Source: Eledone cirrhosa
Taxonomy: Eukaryota
Length of the DNA: 64,000 bases
Assembly (NCBI GenBank): GCA_964016885.1
Contig: OZ024740.1
Location: 43,834,001-43,898,000 of the forward strand
Reading direction: 5' to 3'
Shown: piece by piece, positions 1 through 12,789 of the stretch
Position numbering within the stretch: position 1 is the stretch's first letter
How the letters are laid out: the number at the start of each line of letters is the position of its first letter
Translations under genes and position numbers: made by a program
Notes under the pieces: model-generated
Database searches by the model: none
Told to the model about the DNA's origin: nothing
Seen by the model: the letters and a program-made list of their open reading frames with translations, nothing else

Positions 1-169
1 CCTAAAGTTGTTGGCCTTGTGCCTAAATCAGAAACCATTATGATTTGACATTCTTCCAAACTACAATTAGCTCTTAATCCCTTCGGGATTGATAACGTAT
101 CAGGTAAGTATTGATGTCGATATGAGGGACTGTTTGTTCCTCAATCTAAAATTTCTGGCTTTGTGCCTG

Positions 170-1195
170 TGTCGGAAGATTGGCAGAATCATTAGAGCTT
201 CGGACAAAATGTGTTGCGCTAGCTGATTAAGGTTATTTATATTCTGAGTTCAAATCCCATCGATGTCAACTATGCTTTTCAGCCTTCCGGGGTCGATAAA
301 ATATAGTACTGATCACATATTGGAGACGATGAAATTGACTTTCCCTTACATCAAGAAAAACCATTGCTGGCATTGAACCTAAATTTGAAACTACAGAGCT
401 GTGGATTGACAGAATCGTTAGAGCGTCAGACAAAATGCTTAGCAGTGATGGTTCTGGGTTCAAATCCCGCCGCGTTTAAGTTTGCATTTCGTCCTTCCAG
501 AGACGATAAAGTAATGAACCTGACAAAAACTGGGCTTGATTTAAATTGATTTCCCCTTCCCCCAAATTGCTGACCTCGTGCCTAAAGTAAAATCATTATG
601 TTTATTGGCAGCGGTGGATTGGCAGTATCGGTAGAGGGTCGGACGCCATGCTTTCCAGCATAGTTACGTCCCTTTACGATCTGAGTTCAAATCCCGCCGA
701 GGTTGACTTTGCCTTTCATCCTTACGGGGTCGATAAAATAAAGTACCAGTAATGCACTGGATAATTGCTGGCCTTGTAGAAACAATTATGTTTATTGGCA
801 GTCTCGGTAGAGAGTCGGACACCATGCTTTGCAGCATAGAGTTACGGCCCTTTACGGTCTGAGTTCAAATCCTGTTAACTTTGGCTTTCATCCTTACAGG
901 GTCGATAAAATAAAGTACCAGTCATGCACTGGGGTCGATTTAATCGACTTTCCCCTCCCCCAAAATTGCCTATATAAGAAACCATTATGTTTATTGAAAT
1001 GACGGTGCGTTGACAGAATCAATAAATTGTAAACTCTTTACAGTCAGAATTTATTTCCCGCCAAGTTCAACTTTGCCTCTAATTCTTACGGGATCGATAA
1101 AATAAAATACCAATGAAGTACTGGAGTCGGTATAATCGGCTTTCTCTTTTCTCCAAATTACTAAGCTTGTGCCAATGTTAATAAGGATTATTATG
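170..1195 (+). mobile_element. Head-to-tail cluster of about 5 tRNA-derived Nin/Deu-domain-like SINEs
   Basis: Repeated ~190-nt units with A-box TGGCAGTATCGG, B-box GAGTTCAAATCC, central GCCTTTCATCCTTACGGGGTCGATAAAATAAAGTACCAG and an ATTAT tail; best copy ~608-790. Confidence 0.8.
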
Positions 1196-2447
1196 ATCGT
1201 GTCAAGCTACTAACCAAGTAAATGAATGGCTTCGTGTATTCAATCTTTAAGCAATACAAATACATAATTTGGGAATTCTCCAACACGTTTCTGTTGCCAT
1301 CCGAGAGAATAAATGAAAGGAGTAAACCAAATACTTGATATGGTGGAAGATAGGTATATGTGGAAATGAAGGCCGGCGCTTCAATAGTTCAACTTGGAAG
1401 CCCCCCAGGCCACGAACTTACCAGAAGCGCGCATTACTGAACATTAAGGGGTCACATAGTTATACAGATTTATATAATTACCTTAAATATATAAATATTT
1501 CCTTAGATCAATAAATAAATCCATAAACTTATATTTTTGTGTTTAGCAGAGTTGTGGAATGATCTAAAGCAATGAAATGTGTTGTTTGGTGTTATGAACG
1601 CTCACATAATTTACTGTGGAAGGGAATGGGTTGTGTAGTAGAAAACGCAGGCTTTGCAATTTTCCTCGTGTCAAGAAGCATCAAAATATAAGTTGAAATA
1701 CTATATTTGGATGACTGGGGTGCATGTTTTAGGGCTAGCATAGAACGCTAAATGCACAAACACCGGCTCTGGTTCAGATGGTGCATTTGAAACTAAAATT
1801 ACTTAAAGAATGGAAACATTAAAATAGCTGAAAGCCCCACAATACTGCGGGGAACACAGCATGGCCAGAAGTTTGCTTTGTAATCATGAACTCTCTGGTT
1901 ATTTGGAGAATGTCATTTACCACAACTTCAGTTTCACCCAAGCTTTATGAGTGAAATTGTGTAGAGGGAAACTCTTTGGATACCAGTCCATTAGGTTGTA
2001 CCAATAAGTAAAACAATAACATTTTCACAAAATGATACCGGCTATTCCCATCCTCAAAATTACAGTGCTGAATGTGTACGTTGTTAGATACATGTGATTA
2101 CCGAAAACTCAGTTGTCTCTGTCTATCCGTACTGTTGCGCGGGATAAACAAATAATGGGATAGTGATATATAATAGAAAGAAACTCGATAGAAAGAGAGA
2201 AAGAGAATGAATAGAAGAATAGAGAAATATTTTAAAAAACAAAAACAGAGAGATAAAAAATGAAAAGCATGATAATTATTGATGTATGATAAAGTTTGTG
2301 ACAATTGCTGTCAGCAGAACTGACATTATCCATTCTAAATATATTTCTGTCGGAGACATTGTTTCCGAATGACTGGAGATAAAATTGATGTCACTGGGAA
2401 TCGTGAAAACGTCTATAATGTGTGATAATAACGATTGGTGCCTCCTG

Positions 2448-2499
<52 letters not shown>

Positions 2500-2504
<5 letters not shown>

Positions 2505-2775
2505 TTCAATGATATTAAATAAATGGAAACTATATTTATAAAACCATATTTATTCTATTATATATAATTCAAGGTTACCAAAACTTTGGTACGCTTTCAT
2601 CAGATAAAATACAAAGTTTGTTTTATAAATGTTGACATAACCCAGAGAAGATACCTTAACGGTTCAAGTGTTCCTTGGATAGTGAAGGGAAAAGGGAATA
2701 AAAGTCAGATATTTCAAATTATTAAGATGAGTATGCAAGCAAGTTTGAGTTATAGGGCTGAAAAAACCTTATTTT
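2500..2775 (-). mobile_element. PLE 3' end/pLTR fragment, HHR family A
   Basis: Homologous to 31863-32138 (reverse complement); abuts a (TA)n tract. Confidence 0.65.
2551..2611 (-). ncRNA. Type I hammerhead motif, family A, degenerate (GAAA>GAAT)
   Basis: Minus strand TATTTTAT-CTGATGA-stem II-GAAT-TATATA-TA-ATAGAATA. Confidence 0.55.
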
Positions 2776-5179
2776 AGACGCTATGCAGAATTTAAATAAT
2801 TAGGATATATGTATGTATGAGTAGGAAGAAGAAAAAGAAAGAAGAGCTTGTATTTACGTTAATTTAAAAGGAATTAACAATTTGTAGGAATGGTGGAATA
2901 TGATTCCAGAATTTACATTTATTTAGCTATATTATGAGCTATATTATTGTATATATAATCAATTAGATTATATGGAGAATTATGGTTGTAAGTAAATTTT
3001 ATCTTATTACATTACAATAGGTTGTAAGTATATAAATATCTATATATATTAATAATTGTGCATGTATTAGTATTATAGAAATAGAAATAATTTACAATTA
3101 TTAGTTGTTTACATTTCTAATATGAGTTACGAAGGATATTGATTTTGCATTTTACATTAAAAAAACAGGTAGTAAAAGTTGTAAGAGGAGAACAATTTGT
3201 AGATTCGAATATTTTGTTCCAGCATTGAAAATGTTTTCCGAATATTGTTAATTTAGCGAAGTTATATAGTTTATCATACATATTATATTATAATATAATG
3301 TTTATGTTTGCACGATTGAAAAGGGAAAGATAACTCCAATCTTGTTTGTTAACCGTTCAATTTTATGAATGATTTACTCAGAAAATATATAGAGAAAATG
3401 ATATATTATTTTGTGTGAGATTAATTTCAATTATATATTATTTTAGTCGAAAGATGTGTGAAAGTTTGAAGATCAAAAGGAGAGGAAAAAAGTAATGTGC
3501 ATTTCGAAGAACTATCGTAAAGAGGACAAACTTTCAGAATGTCAATTAAAGATTATCAATCTACATCTAAAAAAATATATTTAAAGGGGTATCATTAGGA
3601 AAATAATGTCAAATGGTAAAAATAGTAGAAATATTTTTAAAAATTACGAAGGAAGATCATTTAAAACTAATAATGATAATTTGGCGTCCTACCAATGTTG
3701 CTAACCCACCGCCTTATTTTATAAGAATAGGGATCTACGAATTAGAAACAAAGGCACTCATTTTTTTTTTTAGGTAAAAAGAAGGCAGTTGGTTATATCG
3801 CAATGGTTATACTCTTTTTATCCTCCCCAGAGAAGATGAAAAAAATGATCGACACTGGTGGAACTTGAACTCAGAATGTAAAAGAATTATGTCTACTATT
3901 CTATTGTGTCCACCATTTTATCGAGTTTATTAATTTCCCACCTTTGTTCCAGTGAAGATGAAGTATAGTAGAGCTGATCCTATATCTCTGAACCCTGAAC
4001 GTTTGATAGAGTCATACGAGCGCCGTAGATATTTGAACCCGGCACATCCCTTTCTAGGTCTAAATAGCTTGAGGAAGAAAGATATACGAATAATCAATGC
4101 CACAAATGAAGTGATAATATATTTATCGACTTCGATATGAAGAAAGGCAAAGTCAACCTGGACGGGATTTGAAATCGGAACATAAAAAATCGTAACTAAA
4201 TATCGCAATGAATTTCTACCTGCAATTACCCCGCCTGTAACCTATATTATATCTCACTTTGTTTGTAAATAATTGTTTCTAATTCAGGCACAAGGCGTGG
4301 AATTTGCGTGTGAAGGGAACATTGATTATATAGAACTAGTACTGGACAGGTATTTTATTTTATCGCCCTCCTGGAAGTTGACAATAAAAGTTCTGCCAAC
4401 ACACCACCCTTTGTATATAAATAATGAAAATAGAATAATCATTACCCCAACATTAGCATCCAGTGAAATTGTTTTCTTTATTCTAGCAAAGTTTAATGTT
4501 ATTTTTTAAGACAACATGCGGTGTTTAAACAATGGTTGTTTACTGGCTGAACTTTGAATGTCATTCCTTCAAGGAGGAATGTTCAAATATCTCATAGAGA
4601 TCCAATAATTTAGCGAATTATTTTATTGAAGCAATACAACTATTTAAAGAATATATTTCTATATTAAAGGTGAAATTAGAAAAATATAGAGATATATATA
4701 TGTTTACGGTACCGAAAACCTAACAATAAATATAATTATTTCAAATCAGTTCTCCTTGCAAAAACATCGCCTTCCAGGCAGTTTTCTGCTATTATATATA
4801 AGCTGTATGTATGTGTCTATGTGTGTGCGTGTGGATTTGTGTTTGGTTCGTAATGAATGTATTAATGTATACAACTCTATTAAATAGTAAAACTACTCTT
4901 TCGACGTGCGGGTGATATATTAATTTAGTTCAATAAAGTTTATTCTCTACAATACGCCTCATGTGCAATTAAGCAGAGATGTGATAGAAATTTGCTTCAG
5001 AAGTGATGTTAGACCTGATAAACATGAATGAAACTGCCCAGCACAGAAACGCCGGTGAAATTCGAACTAGAATCGATTTTCGAATTTTTAAAAAGTCAAA
5101 CCAACATATTCAATTTTGCGGTTTATTCAAATTAATACATTAGTAGGATAAATATATTTACCATCATTATATCATAGAT

Positions 5180-5960
5180 GAGGCAAGAGCGATGAATTGC
5201 CAAAATCTTTACGGCATAGAGTTGCGGACCTTTATGTTCTGAGTACAAATCCCACCGGGGTTAGCTTTGCCTTTCATCCTTAAGGGGTCGATAAAATAAA
5301 TCACCAGATATGCACTTGGGTCGATTTAATCGACTTTCTCCTCCCCCACAAAATTGTTCGTCTTATGCCTGAATAAGAAACAATTATAGAGCGAATTGTG
5401 GTCTATTATCAGTATCGGTAGAGGGTCAGACAACATACTCTGCGACATATAGTTACAGCCCTTTAAATTCTGGGCCCAAATCCCGCCGACGTTAACTTTG
5501 CCTTTCATCTTTATGGCGTCGATAAAGTAAAGCACGTGTAACGCAATGGGGTCGATTAAATCAACTTTTTCTTCCTTTATAATTGGTCGCTTTGTGCCAA
5601 AGGTAGCATCAATTATAGATGGAGGAAAAAAAGAATACAAAAGGCTCTTAACTATGGATGGAGTAGTATGGATCCCGTCTTGACACAAACCGTGTCTTAG
5701 TTATTTTAAATCTGGTGGAACCCATCCCTCAACAAGTCCGAACGCAGCCGATTTCATTCAGAAAAAAAAATTAAGAGAGAGTGAAAGAGATCAAAATGAA
5801 CCAACTTTAATAGCGGGTTGCTATTTTATTTATCGACCTCGAATACACGAAAGGCAAAGTTGACATCGACGGAATTTGAACTCAGAAGGGAGTTAGCTTA
5901 AACAATTACCGAGGTATGTTTATTCTAATACACTAACGACTCTGCCAATTCGCTGCTTTG
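5180..5960. mobile_element. Nin/Deu-like SINE copies (two on plus ~5180-5615, one on minus ~5815-5960)
   Basis: Same B-box and GCCTTTCATC...GTCGATAAA core as the 608-790 copy. Confidence 0.7.
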
Positions 5961-6390
5961 TTAACGGAGCGGGTACACAATAAGTATGCAATGAGGTTCA
6001 CTCACTGCCGTCCGTGAAACTCCTAGTAACGATTAGCAAAATGTTCAGCCAACACACACATATACACATACACTTATATACACACTCGTATATATATATA
6101 TATACAATATATATATATATATATACAATATGTTGAAAAGGTAACACACTAGAGGGAGATACAGTGCGCTATCAATAAAACAGGGAAAAACCACCAGTGT
6201 ATGGAATCTATAACCTATGAAAGGCAGACTATAGACACGATAATTAAAAATATAAATTAAAGCGTAAATAAATACCTCTATAACTATATAAAATATTTTT
6301 ACAGGGAATGGCTAGAGTCTATGGCTCCGTTAATTTATCGTTTTATATATATATATATGAAAATAAACAGTAATAACAGTAATATATATA

Positions 6391-6607
6391 GGAACGATCG
6401 ACTTTCGTCAAATCGGACCGAGGGAACAATGTTTCCGTTGGTCTTTCCAATTGCTAATACTATCTATCGGTCGCAACTCCAGGTAGAAGGAGCAACGTGA
6501 AATAAAGTGTCTTGCTCAAGGACATAACGCATCGCCTGGTCCAGGAATCGAACTCACAACCTTACGATTGCAAATCCAATTCTCAAACCACTCAGCCACA
6601 CGCCTTC
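6391..6607 (-). mobile_element. tRNA-derived CORE-type SINE with target-site duplication
   Basis: Minus strand A-box TGGCTGAGTGG, B-box AGTTCGATTCC, CORE-like GTCCTTGAGCAAGACACTT; ACAGTAATATATATA on both sides. Confidence 0.75.
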
Positions 6608-6611
6608 ACAG

Positions 6612-6655
<44 letters not shown>

Positions 6656-6818
6656 ATATATATATACATATTATATATATATATATATAATATATATATT
6701 ATATATATATATATATTATATATATATATATATTATATATATATATATATTATATATATATATATATATTATATATATATATATATTATATATATATATA
6801 TATTATATATATATATAT

Positions 6819-6906
<88 letters not shown>

Positions 6907-7098
6907 GTATAGGATTATCCAAGATGTAGTAATGATTAATTACTACACTGGATATGGTTGACGTACGGTAAGAGGTTACTCTACGAGTTATGGAAGAATT
7001 GTTCAAGAAACTTAGTTCCTGATCCTTCAGTATTCCGGAGTGTATATAAGGAATGAATAATAACAGGTAGACATCATAAAAAGGTAATTTATTCCGTG

Positions 7099-7210
7099 TG
7101 CTTACAAGTGTTTCCACGGTGGTACTGCAGCCTAGTTACGCTACGTGCAAATTCACAAGTACTTGCAGAACTCGAATATCCAATGATGTGACCACTGTTT
7201 CCTCAGAGCA
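7099..7210 (-). ncRNA. Type I hammerhead motif, family B (long stem II)
   Basis: Reverse-complement copy of 7242-7353. Confidence 0.7.
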
Positions 7211-7241
7211 GAATGGTATTTACATTGTACATTTACCATTC

Positions 7242-7353
7242 TGCTCTGAGGAAACAGTGGTCACAGCATTGGATATTCGAGTTCTGCAAGTACTGGTGAA
7301 TTTGGACGTAGCGTAACTAGGCTGCAGTACCACCGTGGAAACACTTGTAAGCA
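7242..7353 (+). ncRNA. Type I hammerhead motif, family B (long stem II)
   Basis: TGCT-CTGAGGA-aACAGTGGT...ACCACCGTg-GAAA-CACTTG-TA-AGCA. Confidence 0.7.
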
Positions 7354-7400
7354 CACGGAATAAATTACCTTTTTATGATGTCTACCTGTTATTATTCATT

Positions 7401-7440
<40 letters not shown>

Positions 7441-7598
7441 AAAAGAATAGAGGTGTAACACACAAGTTATTATATATTGGTAAACGGAATAGAAGATGCT
7501 GACAAATTGTTCACAGTTGAAAAATGGTTTAATTAGGAATAAAAGAGTATTAGTGATTGTATGGGTTAGTATTCAGTTGTGGTTTTAAGTTTTTAAGT

Positions 7599-7635
7599 TT
7601 TTACCGGTTGCGCATTTCTAAATGCTTTTCAAAAA
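7599..7635 (-). ncRNA. Minimal hammerhead motif, family C (U3-A8, GCAA variant)
   Basis: Reverse-complement copy of 11530-11566. Confidence 0.45.
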
Positions 7636-7977
7636 TAATTTTGAGATAGAGTGTCCGTGCTGTTTGCTCTGATCTGATTAGTTTTGGGAATTCTACCTGT
7701 TTTTATGTTAAAAAAGTGGCTCCAGCGTTATTTTTGTGTTGCAAAAATTCTTGTGGTCAAAACAATTTTGATTGGTCGGTAGAGGTCATGTGAATGTAAA
7801 AAGTTGATTTTGCGCCAAGACTGTTTTTATGTTAAAAAAGTGGCTCCAGCAAAAATTCTTGGTCAAAACAATTTTGATTGGTCGGTAGAGGTCATGTGAA
7901 TAAAAAATTGGTTTTGCGCCAAGATTGAGAAATGACTCTTTCACAACAAATATGTATGTGTGTGTGTGTGTGCGTGT

Positions 7978-8024
<47 letters not shown>

Positions 8025-8066
8025 AGTCTCTTTGTATGTTGATGTACGCGTGTGTATGTGTTTGTG

Positions 8067-8142
<76 letters not shown>

Positions 8143-8454
8143 CGTGGGTGGACCAGTATTTTTTTTCCCCTGGTAAAATGGTGTACATTATTCGATTTTT
8201 TCAGTAAAATCGGTTCTCTTAATAGAACATCAAAAATCTTAACAATAAAAGGTGTGAAATGATATTCACTATATATATATATACACATACATATATTCAC
8301 TACATATATATATATACATATATACATACACATATATTTCTTTGTATTGCACCATAGAGCATGTGTGTTTACGTGTGTCATTGTGTTTATATGTGGGTAG
8401 AGATGTGTGCTGATGTAGGTATGTATGTTGACGTGTGTATGTTGTGTGTTCGTC

Positions 8455-8813
8455 TTAGGGAGAAGTGTTTAGACGGGGTCCGTATTTGTTAATGAAGTAA
8501 GATTCCTTGCTGATGCGCTGGGTGTGGGTGGCATTATCTTTAAATTTGTAGAGGGGAAAGATTCTGAAGTTGGGATGATTTTGGGCGGCACAGGTATCAA
8601 TGTGTTCACTCAGTGGTATTTTCCTGTATTCCCGTATTTTAATTTGGGATCTATGGACAGTCATGCGTTGGCGGAGGCTGTATTTGGTCTGGCCTATGTA
8701 TTGTTCTGGACAACCTGAACAAGTTAATACATATATTAGATTTTCCGATGAACATGTGAAATTGTGTTTTACTATAAAACGTTGTCCATCTTTGAAATAG
8801 AATTCCGAACCCT
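8455..8813 (-). pseudogene. Inverted duplicate of the GIY-YIG endonuclease C-terminus
   Basis: Translation ...QRMTVHRSQIK...PLSEHIDTC...KYGPRLNTSP matches 10305-10663. Confidence 0.9.
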
Positions 8814-8814
8814 A

Positions 8815-10663
8815 ATGGAGACAGAATTCTATATCAACTTAGCGCTCTCCACTTTGGAAAACGAAACATACTACGAAAAGGCTGAACACTACAATCAACA
8901 GAAAATTATGAGAAACCTAAAAACTCTAATCAACCAATACAAAGAAGGACTCACTAACAAGGAATTCAGCTTCATCACAGACTTCACAAGTAAATCCAGC
9001 CTTTTCTACGGTATCCCTAAAGTACATAAAAGCGAATCAATAAGTAAGGCATGCAAGGAAGCCACAGACATAGTCATCAATGTCCCCTCACCCAATGATC
9101 TCAAATTAAGACCTATAATAGCAGGCCCCGCTTGCGAAACGCACCGTCTTAGCAACTTCATTGATACCCTTCTCAAACCCTTCCTCAAGCACATCAAAAG
9201 CTATATAAGGGACGACCTAGATATGCTCAATCACCTCCCTAATATGCCACTTTCTGAACAAACCCTACTAGTGACGTTCGATGTAGTCAACCTATACTCC
9301 AACATCCCCCACAACCTAGGAATAGAAGCTATCCAATTCTGGCTGGATAATTTCCACAATGAACTCCCACAACGCATCAAAAAAGAATTCGTGATAGAGG
9401 GACTCAAATTTATCTTGGAGAACAATTACTTCGTTTTCAATAACAAACCCTATAGGCAGAAATCTGGGACCGCTATGGGAACGAAAACAGCCCCTACTTA
9501 TGCCAACCTAGTCATGGGATACTGGAAATCACCCTCTACATTAAAGTCCTAAACAAATTTGGAAACACCCTCCACTTACACATTGAAAGGAACTGGAAGC
9601 GATATCTAGATGACTGCTTCATCCTTTGGCACGAAAACATCGAAAAACTTAAAGAATTTCACACCCTTATAAATGGGCTCAACACAAATATTAACTTCAC
9701 GATGGAATACAGCCATCAACAACTCCCCTTCCTCGACATCCTCATTAAGATCCATAACAAAAAAATAGAAACAGACATATACTACAAGCCCACAGACTCC
9801 AAGCAATATCTCCCGTTCAACTCTTGCCACCCTAGACACGTTAAAATTAATATTCGCTACAACTTAGCCAAGAGAATCTGTACTATAGTCTCCAATAAAA
9901 ACATCTGCTACTTACGGCTACAAGAACTAAAGGACACACTCATAGGCAGGGACTACCCTGCATCACTAATTAACAATGGAATCCAACGTGCCCTAAAACT
10001 CAGTACCCAGGACCTTAGACACCCTAAAGTAAATCAACCAAAACTAAAAGCTCTTCATACATCTCCACACACAACCCCCTCAACAATGAGGCCTTTGACA
10101 CCATTCTCCAGAACATCCCTGTATTGAAAAAGGACCATAGAATGAACCAAATTCTATGAACACACGATATCATAAAGAGCAAAAGACAATCCACGTCAAT
10201 GAAAAACATCCTAACACATGCCAAAGTACTGCCAACCACAACAACGAAACCCACAGTAAAAAAATGCGATAGACCCAACTGTGGCATTTGCATCAACCTA
10301 ATAGAGGGTTCGGAATTCTATTTCAAAGATGGACAACGTTTTATAGTAAAACACAATTTCACATGTGCATCGGAAAATCTAATATATGTATTAACTTGTT
10401 CAGGTTGTCCAGAACAATACATAGGCCAGACCAAATACAGCCTCCGCCAACGCATGAGTGTCCATAGATCCCAAATTAAAATACGGGAATACAGGAAAAT
10501 ACCACTGAGTGAACACATTGATACCTGTGCCGCCCAAAATCATCCCAACTTCAGAATCTTTCCCCTCTACAAATTGAAAGATAATGCCACCCACACCCAG
10601 CGCATCAGCAAGGAATCTTACTTCATTAACAAATACGGACCCCGTCTAAACACTTCTCCCTAA
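8815..10663 (+). pseudogene. PLE reverse transcriptase plus GIY-YIG endonuclease (two frameshifts near 9523 and 10053, in-frame TGA near 10157)
   Basis: FYGIPKVHK, LRPIIAG, FDVVNLYSNIPH, GTAMGT, WKRYLDD, CxxxxCxxC linker, IYVLTCxxC..YIGQT..H..H (CCHH GIY-YIG). Confidence 0.93.
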
Positions 10664-11139
10664 CACGAACCCACAACATACACACGTCAACATACATACC
10701 TACATCAGCACACATCTCTACCCACATATAAACACAATGACACACGTAAACACACATGCTCTATGGTGCAATACAAAGAAATATATGTGCATATATGTGT
10801 ATGTATATATGTATATATATATATATGTAGTGAATATATGTATGTGTATATATATATAGTGAATATCATTTCACACCTTTTATTGTTAAGATTTTTGATG
10901 TTCTATTAAGAGAACCGATTTTACTGAAAAAATCGAATAATGTACACCATTTTACCAGGGGGAAAAATACTGGTCCCCCCCCCCCCCCCACACACATATA
11001 TACACAAACACATACACACGCGTACATCAACATACAAAGAGACTTATATATACACACACACACACTTATCTTAATAGCCATTTGACACACATCGCTGATG
11101 GCCATTGTCGCAGCATCGAACACCTTACTACTACTACTA

Positions 11140-11208
<69 letters not shown>

Positions 11209-11529
11209 TACATATTTGTTGTGAAAGAGTCATTTCTCAATCTTGGCGCAAAACCAATTTTTTATTCACATGACCTCTACCGACCAATCAAAATTGTTTT
11301 GACCAAGAATTTTTGCTGGAGCCACTTTTTTAACATAAAAACAGTCTTGGCGCAAAATCAACTTTTTACATTCACATGACCTCTACCGACCAATCAAAAT
11401 TGTTTTGACCACAAGAATTTTTGCAACACAAAAATAACGCTGGAGCCACTTTTTTAACATAAAAACAGGTAGAATTCCCAAAACTAATCAGATCAGAGCA
11501 AACAGCACGGACACTCTATCTCAAAATTA

Positions 11530-11566
11530 TTTTTGAAAAGCATTTAGAAATGCGCAACCGGTAAAA
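11530..11566 (+). ncRNA. Minimal hammerhead motif, family C (U3-A8, GCAA variant)
   Basis: TTT-TTGAAAA-GCATT.TAGA.AATGC-GCAA-CCGG-TA-AAA near the pLTR 3' end; resembles the intact 62005 motif. Confidence 0.5.
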
Positions 11567-11684
11567 ACTTAAAAACTTAAAACCACAACTCAATACTAAC
11601 CCATACAATCACTAATACTCTTTTATTCCTAATTAAACCATTTTTCAACTGTGAACAATTTGTCAGCATTTTCTATTCCGTTTA

Positions 11685-11747
<63 letters not shown>

Positions 11748-12354
11748 CTGTTATTACTGTTTATTTTGTATAAATACGATCTAACCTGCTATATAACGAT
11801 GCTTGGAAAAGATTAAACATTTATAGCTGAATGCATTAAATCAAAATTTCCTTCCGTTTTGGCGTCATCGCCTCTACTTTCAAATAGAAAATATTTTCAC
11901 CGCTGACCAGTATAGTGAATATTCAAAAGCATACAAAATATGTTTGGTAAAAGCTTGTATCTGGTTCGTAAACTATCTTTTTACGATGTAGTAAAAGATA
12001 CCAAAGGGAGGTAACAATTATTTATACCGCTGTTGTTACTGATGCTACTACAGCAGTAAAGAACATATGAAAGCTAACTTCACCATGTAAAACCGTATTT
12101 CATTACATTTAATTATAAACGATATAATTTAATTTTATGGTCAAGGTTAGCTTTATGGTTAGGTTTAGCGAATATGTCGCTAAAGAAAAATATCACATTT
12201 TCAAGCAATCAAAGAAGTGAATAGTGGAATGCTTTGATAAAAAATTATTACAAATAATTCAACAAAACGGACAATGCATTTTTTTTATGACTACCATCCT
12301 ACGTCAGTATGGTACAAAAGTCTCACATACTCATCATTATTATTATGATGGATT

Positions 12355-12756
12355 GGCAGTAGATTGGCGGTGGATTGGCAGTATCGGTAGAGGGTCGGAC
12401 GCCATGCTTTGACGCAAAGAGTTACGGCCCTTTCCATTCTCAGTTCATATCCCGCCGAGGTTAACTTTGCCTTTCATCCTTACGGGGTCGATAAAATAAA
12501 GTACCAGTAATACACTGGTGAATTGCTGGCCTTGTGCCAAAAGTAGAAACAATTATTATGGTCCAGTGGATTAGCAGTATCGGTAGAAGGTCGGACGTCA
12601 TGCTTTGCAGCAAAGAGTTACGCCCCTTTACGGTCTGAGTTCAAATCCCGCCGAGGTTCACTTTGACTTTCATCCTTACGGGGTCAATCAAATATAGTAC
12701 CAGTAATGCACTGGAATAATTGGTGAGCTTGTGCCAAAAGAAGAAACAATTATTAT
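12355..12756 (+). mobile_element. Two tandem Nin/Deu-like SINEs
   Basis: Full A/B boxes, central domain and ACAATTATTAT tails. Confidence 0.85.
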
Positions 12757-12789
12757 GAAGGCACAGTTGATGGAAATTCGTTAAGATGG

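Larger units (their letters stand above)
6903..7409. mobile_element. ORF-less head-to-head PLE pLTR pair (palindrome), HHR family B
   Basis: Arms ~7043-7218 and ~7234-7409 are near-perfect reverse complements with a 15-nt spacer; left arm has an extra ~140-nt tail; (TA)n on both flanks. Confidence 0.8.
7441..11695 (+). mobile_element. Penelope-like retrotransposon, Neptune-like, 5'-truncated with inverted 3' segment
   Basis: 7471-8813 is the reverse complement of 10305-11692; RT and GIY-YIG lie between; (TA)n flanks. Confidence 0.92.

Noticed and set aside
608-790. tRNA genes at A/B-box motifs
   Set aside because: The boxes continue into SINE bodies and do not form full cloverleafs.
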